DNA of 64,000 nt, from NCBI GenBank assembly GCA_030264375.1, contig JASCQW010000132.1, positions 85,711,226-85,775,225 on the forward strand, in the 5' to 3' direction. Shown one piece after another: positions 27,051 through 39,352 of this stretch. Position numbers and translations under genes: made by a program. The first letter of the stretch is position 1. Every line of letters starts with the position of its first letter. This stretch comes from Carcharhinus longimanus (Eukaryota). Under the pieces are notes generated by a model. It was not told the DNA's origin. It saw only the letters and a list, made by a program, of their open reading frames with translations, and did not search any database.

Positions 27051-29059
27051 TATATTAATAGAACTAGTATAAACAAAATAAGTATTTTGGATGCAGGGCG
27101 CGTAACTTTCACAGTCAAATCGGCACCCACCTCCCATACTCTTTTATGTGTATATCACTAGTCGTTCGGCAGAAATAAAGATACGCGGAAGAATATGAAT
27201 GTAATCTGGCAGTCCTGCACAAGGGCAAGTCAACAAATTATCTTACACACTGCACTCAGAAACCTGATGGACCACACGTGGCCCATGAGCTCCAGGATGC
27301 TCGTCACTGTTCAAGTGTTGTTGGTGTACACTTATCCAGGCAAGTGAAGACACTTGTGCTTTCGATAGACTTTAGCAGTCGGGGGTGAGTTAACTGCCAC
27401 AAAATTCCAAGCCTCTGACCTCTGGTCCAGCTGAGTTTCAGGACAGTGATAATTAGGGCTCAAGGTAAATGGGGACATGAATTCACCATCAAGAGGTTCA
27501 AAATAGCCCATCAAAAATTCAAAATTTGAGAGAAATGGCAATTGGGAAACACCAATAAAGTAGGTACAAACAGTAGTAAGTAGTAATGGTACAGATCTAG
27601 AAGAATATTGATTGTTACCTTTACATTCATTTTTAATTATACTAATTCTGGAGTACATGAACAATTACTGTGGGCTTCTTGAATTTTTCATGAACAAAAG
27701 ATTCAATTTGCTATTGAAGCTATCTTATATTCAAAGAAACACTTAAAAAGTTCAACACAAATATAGATGATATTTATATGTGACTACATTACCAAAAAAA
27801 TGTAAAAATAACCTTCAAGAAAACTTTTAAGCTACCAGTTTCTTTACTCTGAAAGACACCACGGGGCGGGGGGGGGGTGTAACTCCAAGAACATTGCTGG
27901 AGGGGGATTCTGCCAAGGTAACATTGGGCATGGGGAATTAATTTTCAGGAATGGGTGATAAACTGGTAATTGTGAAATTGTCCACCTATTATACTTCCTT
28001 TCCCGAGTGTCTCGTGGAACTGAAAATTCGGTGAGGTTTCGGCCTATTATGTTGCTTGTTCACTACCATAAGCACCAAGACGGGGCTTTCAAATCATGGG
28101 TTTGGATTAAGATTTTGGGATCACAAGCCTTGAGCGGCAATGGTGGCTGTGGAGCTTACACTCNNNNNNNNNNNNNNNNNNNNNNNNNNNNNNNNNNNNN
28201 NNNNNNNNNNNNNNNNNNNNNNNNNNNNNNNNNNNNNNNNNNNNNNNNNNNNNNNNNNNNNNNNNNNNNNNNNNNNNNNNNNNNNNNNNNNNNNNNNNNN
28301 NNNNNNNNNNNNNNNNCCTACCCCAGTCAGCAATGAGCACCTTGGTAAAGCCTACCCATCCCCCTGAGGCTTTAAGTTCAGGAAAGATTTACTTGAACTC
28401 TGGGGAATGGGAAATTAATCAGCTCTAGTAGAAAGCTTAGAACAAAAAGCAGGAAGAAAAAGTTATGCATTCACCAGATAAATTCTTCAAATCATTAATG
28501 TATTAAGTTATTAAGGTTTATAAGCACCAAATACTATTCCAGTCGTTGCTGTAAGCTGATCATAATTAAGTTGGCAGCAAGGAGTGTTGGCTAGGGTTCA
28601 AGTTCCTGTCTCGCTGCAGTGATGCCTGCCAGAGAGTGCGTAAATGCAGGCATCGGGCAAAGACGGGATCTGTTTCTGTTGTCAGCCCCTCGTGATCAAA
28701 TTGTTTGCCAACATTCACTGTTTATGCTAACACATGAAAAATTGCTACTTGGATAAGGTATCAGAGTGCTCAGTAGGCATGAATTTATGAGCAAACAGGA
28801 ATTAAAGCCACTGGTGAGGAAAATGAAGTAAACTGTTCAAAAAAAAAATATTCGCTGGGTGTCCAACTGGTACTTCCCTTCAATTACCATTCCTGGGTTT
28901 CAGTTTCTGCTGATATAAAACACACTCTTTCTTAACCCCTGGTTTCCACAGGAGTGTCTGAGCATTTCATTTCTCGGCCTGCTTAGGTGCAGGCCATGGA
29001 AGCCTTGTGACGGGCATATAAATTTTGATGTAGTATTTATCTTTATTCTATATATTGTA

Positions 29060-29316
29060 TATTGCTGCCTCACATTGCAAGGACCTGGGTTCAGTTCCTG
29101 GCTTGGGTCACTGTCTGTGTGGAGTTTGCATGTTCTACCTGTGTCTGCGTGAGTTTCCTCCAAGTGCTGCAGTTTTTTCCCACAGCTGGTTAGGTGCATT
29201 GGCCGTGCTAAATTCTCCTTCAGTCAAGGCATCAGAGTGTAGCAACTAGAGGATTTTAATAGTTACCACGTTGCAATGTTAATATAAGCCTACTTGTGAC
29301 ACTATTAAATAAACTT
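29060..29316 (+). mobile_element. V-SINE with alternative tail (5' trimmed)
   Basis: tgctgcctcac...gggtcactgtctgtgtggagtttgca...taagcctacttgtgacactattaaataaact. Confidence 0.82.
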
Positions 29317-29421
29317 TCCTATAGATCTATTCATGTTAACTTCAGATTGGATGAGTATGGGATGTAAATGTAGATAGACTGAGTTTCTTCAGGGATATTA
29401 GACTGGACAGATTTTCTGTAA

Positions 29422-29652
29422 TACTGCTGCCTTGCAACGCCAGGGACCCATGTTCGATTCCAGCTTGGGTCACTGTCTGTGTGGAGCCTGCGCGTTCTCC
29501 CCGTGTCTGCATGGGTTTCCTCCCACATTCTGAGATGTGCTGGTTAGGTGCATTGACCAAACAGGTGCCGGAGTGTGGCAACTAGGGGATTTTCACAGCA
29601 ACTTCATTGCAGTGTTAATGTAAACCTACTTGTGATTAATGAATAAACTTTA
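29422..29652 (+). mobile_element. V-SINE with alternative tail
   Basis: Same structure; actaggggattttcacagcaacttcattgcagtgttaatgtaaacctacttgtga. Confidence 0.85.
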
Positions 29653-30929
29653 TCCAGCATTTAAAGTAGAGTTAATGAACTCGACCTGGTTTTCTTCTTG
29701 CCCAGAGGATGCTCCAGTCTTTTGTAGTAACCAAAACTGCTTGGTTTAGAAAACTCAGCACAGACCAAAAATTATATCTGGGACCTCCTGGCCAGGTCTG
29801 ATCTAAAATAGTATTTAAGATAATTGTTTTTTCATAATTTTTATCCCCTGCCATCACACCGCTTACTATTCCACAACCAAACTTCTGTTACTGATTAAAT
29901 CTGTTATATCTACAAGAAGATCATTATGCTGATGATTTCAGTAGAAAATAGGCAATTCCAGTTCTGTTGACTTTCTCTCGTATACTAATGTGAAAGAAAA
30001 TAACTCAATCAGAGACATCGGTTACTTATGACAGTGTCCTTAATGTGTTTTGCAGCTCAAAAAGAAAAGTCTTAAGATTTCTTGTAGCTATCTTACGATC
30101 TGTAGGTGAGATGAGGAAAACTAGGCAGGAGGAAATGTTTAGCATTTCCTTTGTGATCTTATTTAAGATAGTGTTTTTGCTTAAATTCATGATTTTTATT
30201 ATAGATATGGTTATAAAGATACAGAATTAGGTTATCGGAAAAAAAAAAGGCAGATGCCAATTAATTTTTTCACACTAAGTATTAAGTGATTTCAAACCAC
30301 TGCACAACTGAACACCACACATCTTGTTCATATCCTGTGTTGTGGTTACTTCCTCTATATATTGACACAAATATAGTAGAGCACAATATAGACAGTGTTA
30401 CAGGTTGGTTGGTGCCAAATACTCCAAAGGCATTCTTCAACCTGAGAAATGCACTTTTTTAATGAATTAGTTCAGTGTGCGATGTAACCAAACGTGGCAA
30501 TCATTTTGTTTATAATAAGATTCACCAACATTAATCTGGTTTGGTGATGATGGTTTGATGAGAGTCATTTATGGACCAGGGCCCTGAGATAATTTTCTGG
30601 TCCTCAGTTAGTGCCAATACCTTGCATCAGAAAGGTGGGCAGGGCCTTAGTTGAAAGTCTCAATCTGGCAGTGCTGCATTCCCCCAGTAGTGTACTGCAT
30701 TGTGTCAGCTTGGATGATGTATAAACTTCTAGAATGGGGTTTGAGTTCACCACATGTTCAAAGTGAATACATAACAAACTAAGCTAAATTGCTACTTTTG
30801 TACATATTAAAGAAGTATTCCTTTAGCTACTAAAATCTGCTTTGTAAGTTGCTTTTAATTTCTGAAGCTATGATGGACAGATTAGAATGGAAGCAGACAA
30901 GTGCAATCCTTTCCAGCTGGATGCTGGAG

Positions 30930-31400
30930 GACAGGTTTGAAGGAGGAGGATGTGGTCAGCAGCATCGATGGCTGCAGACAATTTTGTAACCTTTGTCCCA
31001 ATCAAATAGGATTCACTTGTGACTTTGAGCCATTTTGCTACTGTGGCACAGGCGGAAACTTGAATAGAGGGACTCGAGCATGGAGTTCAAGGAAAGATAT
31101 ACATAGATTTGGGAGGCAACAATACATTCAAGAACTTTGGAGAAGAAAGGAAGGAGGGATATGAAGTGGATATTTGCAAGGGCAGAGGGGCCACGGATCT
31201 CTATTTTGAGAGGATTATAATGGCAGAAACAGAGAGGAGGGGGACAAAAATTGATGAGAAGGAAACATTGACAAACCAATTAATACGAGAGCCAGGAAAG
31301 TCTAGATATAGTAGGAACAGAATTGAGGGAGCAAGAGGTGGTTCTTGTGGACAAGATTTGTTTGGAGAGGGCATAAAGAGAGTTAAGAGAGAAACTAAAG
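30930..31400 (-). mobile_element. L2 LINE RT remnant
   Basis: ISLLPFFSKVLECIVASQI..LS.NSMLESL.S.FR.CHS. Confidence 0.75.
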
Positions 31401-31769
31401 GAAGATACAGGATTAGAACAGGAGAAGGTTAGCTTTGTGATTGTGGAGAAGGAAAGTAGCTGAATGCCCTTACTATTTCTGACAGATTCATTAGCTCGTC
31501 GCATGTGCATAACAGTAGTTGAATGGACAAGGATTCAGTGAAGTAAATAATATGTGGAATAAGCCAACATAAAGAATGCAGCTTATTACTGTGGAACAAT
31601 GTCTAGGTCTCATGGAATCGAATTGAGATCGGGTGGTGCCTATGAAGAAATAATGCACACGCTGCAGTTATACAATGGAGTCTGATGTTCGTAGTTCAGA
31701 CTTTTGGTTGCATGCATCAACAAACCGTTCAAGGATTGTATTCCTTCTGAAGGGAACAGGTGGAAGGTT

Positions 31770-32082
31770 GACAGAAGAAGCAAGGAATATAAAAGCAAGG
31801 AGGTCTTGCTGCNNNNNNNNNNNNNNNNNNNNNNNNNNNNNNNNNNNNNNNNNNNNNNNNNNNNNNNNNNNNNNNNNNNNNNNNNNNNNNNNNNNNNNNN
31901 NNNNNNNNNNNNTACAATAGTGGCTTTTAAGGGACGTCTTGACAAATACATGAATAGGATGGGAATAGAGGGATATGGTCCCTGGAAGGGGAGGAGATTT
32001 TAGTTCAGTCGGGCAGCATGGTCGGTGCAGGCTTGGAGGGCCGAAGGGTCTGTTCCTGTGTTGTAATTTTCCTTGTTCTTTG
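31770..32082 (+). mobile_element. CR1 LINE 3' end spanning a gap
   Basis: EYKSKEVLL...TIVAFKGRLDKYM; tail gagggccgaagggtctgttcctgtgttgt. Confidence 0.85.
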
Positions 32083-32593
32083 TAGTGTAACCACTCTCAC
32101 CCTCCAATCTGCTCCCATGGCTACATATATAGCTGTCTATATTTGCGGGGGTTCAGATAACTGCAGCCACGACAATCCTGCTTTATTACAAATCCACGGT
32201 CTCTTGAGACAAAGGGGAGGTGCCCCCACTTCAAAACTTATTGGGGTCCCTCAGTTGCACTGAGAGGGCTCCTTTTTGATGGTAGCATTCCCACCCAAAG
32301 GTTGCCATGCAACAGTAATGAACATCAACACAAAAATAGGGGTGTGAGTTGTTAGGGCTGGGGAAGTTCCGTTCCACCAAAACACCATGCAAAAAAGAAC
32401 TGTGCATTTTTCTTCATTAAATGCTTTTGTTCAAACGCCACCAAAAGCAGTTTTGGGTGGGTCTAACAACTGAGAATAGAGGTCACATAATGAAACTTTC
32501 AGGAACACATCCAACCAAAAATACCCATGCATTCATCTCTTATTTGAAAATTGATAGTATACCTACAGCTTTTATTGAGAATCTACTCCATTT

Positions 32594-32903
32594 AGAATCA
32601 TAGAATCCCCATGATGCCCATCATGCCTGCACCAACAACAATCCCACCCAGGGCCCTATCCCTGTAACCCCACATATTTACCCTGTCAATCCCCCTGATA
32701 CTCAGGGGCAAGTTATCATGGCCAATCAACCTAACCTACACATCTTTCGATTGGGTGAGGAAACTGGAGCACCTGGAGGAAACCTAATCAGACACAGGGA
32801 GAACATGTATACTTGACACAAAGAACCACGGGAGGCCAGAGTTGAACTGGGGTCACGGGCGGTGTGAGGCAGCATTGCTAACCATTGTGCCACCGTGCCG
32901 CCC
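32594..32903 (-). mobile_element. HE1-like V-SINE
   Basis: tagaatcatagaatccc ... gctaaccattgtgccaccgtgccgccc. Confidence 0.9.
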
Positions 32904-33562
32904 TGATCGGAATAGGTCAGAATCTGCCCAGTTCTGGGGACAATCACATCTTTTGAAATGGGTTTGATAGAGTTGGTGAACAGAAAGTATGAATTTATCC
33001 AGCAGTTTTTGACTGGATCGCACCCTCTTTAGTCCGTCCACTGGTTTCTTATGGGCCAAGTTTACTCATCTTTACTCCATGATGGCAGATGCTGTTGAAT
33101 ACATTTAAATATTTTGAAGCCTTACGTTGGCAGCTTTAAACTGTGAGGTTCAGACATCACAGAATAGGCAGCTTTATGTAGGTAATTGTTTAGCCTGGGT
33201 TTTAGAAGATTGATATTGATGAGCCAGCTCTACTAATTTGCAACACTAAGCCTGGCAGAATTGCACTCATGCATAGTTTAGAAAAAAAGCCCTTTGGTTA
33301 TTCTGTGACAATAAACAGAGCCAGGCTTAGAAATATACATGCAGGAAAATTGGCACATCCAACACAATCTCCTTAGAATGAAACCCAAACAAGGGCTTTA
33401 CAAAATAGAGCTCTACTGCGACAGCAATTGTTTTATTAACATGTTCGGAAAACATACACTTTAAAGCAACTCCAAATTAAAATAACAAGAGAATTGGCAC
33501 CTGTCCATCTTCTTATCTTTGCCACATTTGCTTAGTATTTTCCACGAGGGTTTGAAAACACT

Positions 33563-33845
33563 GGGTGGCACGGTGTCCCAGTGGTTAGCACTGCTGCCTC
33601 ACAGCGCCAGGGACCTGGGTTCGAATCCTGACTTCTGTCACTGTCTATATGGAGTCTGTACATTCTCACCATGTCTGTTTGGGTTGCTGTGGTTTCTTCC
33701 CACAGTCTGAAAGATGTGCTGGTTGGCCATGCTAAATTTTCCCTCAGTGTATCCCAACAGGTGCTGGAGTGACTAGGGGATTTTCACAGTAACTCCATTG
33801 CAGTGTTAATGTAAGCCTACTTGTGACACTAATAAATAAGCTAAA
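33563..33845 (+). mobile_element. V-SINE with alternative tail, full length
   Basis: gggtggcacggtgtcccagtggttagcactgctgcctcacagcgccagggacctgggttcgaatcc ... gtaagcctacttgtgacactaataaa. Confidence 0.9.
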
Positions 33846-34699
33846 AAAAAATAGGCTTCCTTTTTGGAATTGCTTAACAGGGAAATCAGCCTTTTCAAAG
33901 TGATGCCTCCATCATTTTTCTCACAAAGCAACTGCACCAAACCACACTAATATTTGCATGCTACTATTCACACATCATCATTTCAAGGATTAAAATATTT
34001 TATACTTCTTGCTTCATTATTTACTTTTTAGGATTTTTTTGGTTTGCGCTCTCTTCACCATCACTACATTTTACTTATGCTTTCTACTTTGTCATCCATC
34101 CATCATTTTCTGTGCTGTTGAAATTTCCAGTAAATTCCCCTGTTCTGATGTTGAAAAGCACTTTGCTGGCCTATTTTGTCAGCCAATCAGAAAATACCGC
34201 AGTGAAGCGCGGTCTTGATGTCAGCAGGAGTACTGGCAAGTTAAAACTTTTCAGTTGTGGCTTTCAGGCTTAGGTAAGGAGCTGGGCTGACAAGGACTAT
34301 CTCACTGGCAGTTCATCTTAACAAAAAAAGTGCTGGTGAGTGATTGAAACCTCATAGTTTTGAGAGGATTCGAATGACAATGATCCCAGTCTTATTGGGA
34401 AAATAACAGCATGAAAAAAAAAATGCAAGCTCTTCTTAATTGACCTGTAAATTTAAGGGATTGAATAGATATGACACAGCTTTAAAATGTCTAAAACTTG
34501 TTGATCAATTTACATCTTTCTGTCTTTACAAACAGCCTTAGCCTGCCAATTATTTTGAAAATCTTACAGACTTTCACATTAATTGCCCAATTATGTTAAC
34601 CACAGAAAGTTAAGTTTTTGAATTAATATTGTAATACTATTTTTAACAACGTGATATTTTTTCATGCAATGCCAATTAATCTATCAATTTTCTCGGTAT

Positions 34700-34955
34700 T
34701 AGCCGTGGCTCAGTTGGTAAGTACTCTTCCCTTTAGATTCCAAGGGTGGGATTTTCTGGCTGAGCTTGCCCCGAGTCCGGAAAATCCCGCCTGAGGTCAC
34801 TTGCATGGTCCGTGCCCCACCTGCTACGATTCCCGTGGCGGATGGGACGGTAGAGTTCTACCCCAAGGTTCAGGTTCAAATCCTGCTCACATAGTTGAGC
34901 ACAATAATGAAGGGCAGACTCTGCATTATCAGAGTATTTCCTTTCAAATGAAACG
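34700..34955 (+). mobile_element. SacSINE1-like SINE head interrupted by a MITE (34744-34863, CAA duplication)
   Basis: agccgtggctcagttggtaa [A box] ... caa-MITE-caa ggttcaggttcaaatcc [B box]. Confidence 0.7.
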
Positions 34956-35099
34956 TATGAACATTGGAATTAGGAGTGGGAGTGGGCCCCTTGAGCCTGC
35001 TCCACCATTTAATAAGATCATGGCTGATCTCGTTGTAACCTCAACTCCACATTTTCACTTACCCCTTGCTTATCAAGATTCTATCTTGCTTCAAACCAC

Positions 35100-37030
35100 A
35101 ATCTGTAACCTCATGACCTGACTTTACTATTGTCACCAAGCCAGGGGATCAACTTTTTTTCTCTGAAAAGTTCAGGAGACCATGCTTAGGAATACTTAAA
35201 ATGAGGTACCAACCTGGTGAAGCTGCAACAGAGGGACTACTTGTGTGCTTAACAGCATAAACAGCAAGTAATAGATAGAGCTAAGCCATTCCACAATCAA
35301 TGGATCAGATCTAAGCTCTGCAGTCCTGTTATGTCCAGTTGTGAATGGTGGTGGACAATATAACTCACTGAAAGAGGAGGCTCTACAAATATCTCCATCC
35401 TAAATGATGGAGTCCAGCACATCAGTGCAAATGATAAGGCTGAAATGTTTGCAACAATCTTCAACCAGAAGTGCCAAGTAGATGATCCATCTTGGCTTCT
35501 TCCAGAGGACCCGAGTCTTCGTCCAATTTGATTGACACTATGTGATATCAAGAAATAGTCCTTTCCTGACAACATTTTGGCAGTTGTGGAGACGACTTGT
35601 GCCCCAGCTCATGTCACTCCCGAACCAGGCAGTTTTAGTACAGCTGCAACTCTGGCATCTACCTGGCAGGATGGAAAATTGCCCTGTACACATAAAAACA
35701 GGACAGATCAAACTTGGCCAATTAACACCTCATCAGGCAACTTTCGATCATCAGTAAAGTGATGGAAGGGGTGGTCATCAACAGTGCCGTCAAGCAGCAC
35801 TTGCTGAGAAATAAGCTGTTCACTGATGCTCAGTTTGGGTTCCTCCAAGGCCACACAGATCCTGACCTCATTAGATTCTTGGTTCAAAAAATGGACAAAA
35901 GAGTTGACCATCAGTGATGACTTTAACATCAAGGTGTCATTTAACCAAGTATAGCATCAGGAAGCACAGGAAAAACTCAAGTCAATGGGAATCAGGGAGA
36001 AATTGGACTGCTGGTTGGAGTCATACCTGGTTCATAGAAAGTTTTTTTTTGTTGGAGGTCAATCATCTCAACTGTAGGATATCACTGCAGTTGTTCCTCA
36101 GGTTTGTGTCCTAATCCTAATCATCTGCTCCTTCAATGAGCTTCCTTCCATCATAGGTCAGTAATGGGGATGTTCGCTGATGACTGTCCAATGTTCAGCA
36201 CTATTTGTGACTCTTCAGATATTGAAGCAGTCTGTGACCAAATGCAGCAAGACATGAACAATGAAAGGAAAGTTGCCAAAGCCCCAGAGGACCATAACCT
36301 GCTCTCCCCACTTATTTCAGACATAGAGCTGACTGGTGCACTGGATTTCTATCACACTATCCACCACAGATACCGGAGTGGGCAAGGGGCAGGCAGTAGG
36401 AAAGTCTGCTGACCTCAGGTGGTATTTTCTGATCTCAGTTTGAGCAAAGCCATAAAATCCTGCCTGTAGCGACTTAACCTGCGGATCACCACAGCTCAGA
36501 GAGGTCAGGTTCAGAAGGTTTATGGTTGGACAACCTCAGCCTATTTAGGAATTGAACCCACGCTTTTGGCATCATTTTGTATCATGAATAAGCCATCTAG
36601 TCAACTGAGCTAACTGACCTCCCTACACCCTGGCTTGGGCTGACAAATGATATGTAATATTTGTGACACTCAAATGCCAGGCAGTGACAATCTCCAACAA
36701 GAGTGAATCTAACCATCCCCCCTTGATATTCAAGGGCATTATCATTGCTGAATCTCCCACTGTCAACATCCTAAGGATTGCCATTGACCAGAAACTGAAC
36801 TGGACTAGCCACACAGACACTATGGCTGCAAGACCAGGTGAAAGGCTAGAAATTCTGTAGTAAGTAATTCACCTCATGACTCCCCACGACCTGACTACCA
36901 TCTACATGGCACAAGTCAGGAATGTGATAGATAAGTGCAGTTCCAACAACACTCAACAAGCTTGAAACCATCCAGGAAAAAAACAGCCTGCTTGACTGGC
37001 AACTCTCCACATTCACTCCTTCTACCACAT
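35100..37030 (+). mobile_element. Decayed CR1/L2-group LINE ORF2 (RT) with nested SINE and MITE
   Basis: GMFADDC..FSTI (RT YADD-like motif); KCQAVTISNK.ESNHPPL.F.GI.IAESPT.NIL...IDQKLNWTSH. Confidence 0.8.
36265..36622 (-). mobile_element. Third tRNA-derived SINE type, containing a MITE copy (~36338-36464)
   Basis: Reverse complement begins ggaggtcagttagctcagttgactaga...gggttcaattcc. Confidence 0.65.
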
Positions 37031-37044
37031 AATAGCAGTAGTTT

Positions 37045-37222
37045 AGTTTAAGTCACGGGTAGATAGGTTTCTGATAGACAAGGGAATTAAGAGTTGTGGG
37101 GAGAAAGCGGGAAAGTGGAACTGATCCACTTCAGATCAGCCATGATCTTGTTGAATGGCAGGGCAGGCTCGAGGGGCTAGTTGGCCTACTCCTGCACCTA
37201 TTTCTTACGTTTCTTATGTTCT
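37045..37222 (+). mobile_element. CR1 3'UTR fragment
   Basis: gatcagccatgatcttgttgaatggc...ggcctactcctgcacctatttcttacgtttcttatgttct. Confidence 0.85.
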
Positions 37223-37819
37223 TATAAGAAACCTTCACAAAGAGGAGAAATTTGCTGGCTTGATGTTTTATGTGCTTTCGTTATCAAATCCTGCAATCCT
37301 GTCTGTGTGTCATCGGCTTGGATTGGTTATTCGAATTTTTGAACAGTGAATGGAGAGGAAGGTAATATATGAAGGAGTGGTATTGAATCTGGGTTGAATG
37401 CAGTTCTCAGAATTAGATTAAATACTCCTGGTGAGACTAAACCAGTGACTGATACAAGCTCAACATAACCTTCTTGTGTTGTTAAAGCCAAGAATATTGG
37501 ATGCTTTGTTAACTGCTGTTTTGACCTTTTTTTAATTACATTTATATTTGTTAAATTATTTTTTTTGAATTAGAAGTTAAATTATTAAATTTAAATTAAT
37601 AAACAAAAAGTCTGTGTTGCGGAGATTAATACCAAAAAAACTTCATGATACAATAGCCAAAGAGAGGGATAATGGATGTAGTAAAGAAACAAAGGTTGTG
37701 TCCAAATGAGGTCTGTATGGCTGTGTTTTTTAAAAAATGTGAATGCAACATAAAAATGTTAAAGAAAGAAATAAGATGGGATCAACTCGGATAAAGAAAA
37801 TAAAAACACATAGAACAAG

Positions 37820-38165
37820 ATAGAGGTTTATGATCCAAAGTTGTTGAACTCAATATTGAGTGCCAAGTCCAAAGATAAGGTGCTGTTCCTCAAGTTTGCA
37901 TGAAACTTCACTGGAACACCATAACAGGCCGTGGACAGAAAAGTCAGCATGGGAGTGAGCTCATTAACCTGAGAAGTCAACTCTGTTTCAATTCTTATCT
38001 ATCCAGTCACAGCCAAAGAATTGCTTGAACTCTGACGGAAGGGCCATCCTGCCTGAAAAGATTGGCTCAGTTCTTTCTCCACAGATACTGTCAGACCTGC
38101 TTGATATTTTCCAGCATTTTCTGTTTTTGTTTCAGATTCCAGCATCCGCAGTATTTTGCTTTTAT
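37820..38165. mobile_element. Penelope-like element remnants
   Basis: tctgacggaagggcc...gaaaag hammerhead-like remnant plus cagacctgc..gat.tttccagcattttctg...cagattccagcatccgcag; related pieces at ~14815 and ~20825. Confidence 0.6.
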
Positions 38166-38199
38166 ATTGCTTACAATAGTTTCTGCAAATGCTCCTGCA

Positions 38200-39352
38200 C
38201 TGTTAACTTTTGGTGTCCCTGAAGGGTCTTTCCACGGTGTCCTCTTATTTTTCATCTACGTGGTGGTCCTTGGCAGCACCCTTTTAAGAAAAAGTAGTGA
38301 ATTTCCACATATATGGTGACAACACTCAACTCTTTCACTACAATGTACCTTCTAATTGTTATTTTTAAACTGCACAAACAATTTAAGTGAAAGGTCCTTT
38401 AAATTTTACAGAGCAACTACACGTGCAGTAACTTAAAAGGGGCTGACTTCTGTGCAGTCACTCGAATTGCTGCATAGCCGTACAGCTTAGCAGAAGCATT
38501 GCTTCAACGCTACTTCTGTCGACACTTCCACTGTCTATAAATTGTCACACTCCACGTATAACATCCAGAATTGCACGTGCAGAGATTTCTTACAACTAAA
38601 TATTGGGAAGGTTGAAGCCATTGACTTCAAGCCACAACCCAATCCCTCTGGCAACTCCATTCCTCTCCGAGGCTGAACCAGATCATTAAAAACTTGGTGT
38701 TATTTAACCTCCAAGATGCACTTGTAACCTTGTATCTGTGCCAGTAAGCCCACCTCTTTCCACATCCATAAATATCTCTCAGCTCTTCCCACCAGAGCCC
38801 ATCTGCAACTGAAATCCTTGTTCAATGCCACTGTTAACTCCACGCTTAACTGTTCCAATACACTCCTGGCTGGCCATTCATGTTAGACACTCACTATACT
38901 TGAAATCATTCAAAACCTGAGAGGCTCAATTCATTCATTATCACATACCCATTGACTTAGATTAGCTTCCAGTTAAGCAGTTTTTTGATGGTTAAAATTC
39001 TCACTTGGATTTTTGGATCCTTCCATGGCTTTGTTGCTCCTTATTTCTGCAACCTCCTCCAGACTTACAGCTGTCTAGATCTGCATTTCTCCAAGTTTGG
39101 TCTTCTGTGCAACTCCAATTTTAGCCTTTCCACTATTGTTGGCCTCACTGATAAAAATTGCCACAGCATTAAGTTCTGGAATTGTTTCCCGAAAACTCCA
39201 TAACTCTATCTTGCCTTTATCCTTTAAAATGCTCTTTAAAGCCATCTCTAATGTCTGCCTATGTGGTTCAGGGTCAACTGTTGTTTGATCCTCCTTTGAA
39301 GCATTTTGGGACCTTTTTTACTACATTAAAAGGTGCTATATAGATACAAGTG
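38200..39352 (+). mobile_element. Old L2 LINE 3' remnant
   Basis: tatggtgacaacactcaactct (YADD-like); cgcttaactgttccaatacactcctggctggc; L2-type tail tttactacattaaaaggtgctatatagatacaagt. Confidence 0.65.

Larger units (their letters stand above)
25755..27309. mobile_element. hAT-like non-autonomous DNA transposon containing a CR1 insertion
   Basis: Left end cggtgataggcaacct versus reverse complement of right end cagtgacgagcatcct; subterminal gggccacgagtggccc and ggaccacacgtggccc; interrupts a minus-strand LINE. Confidence 0.65.
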
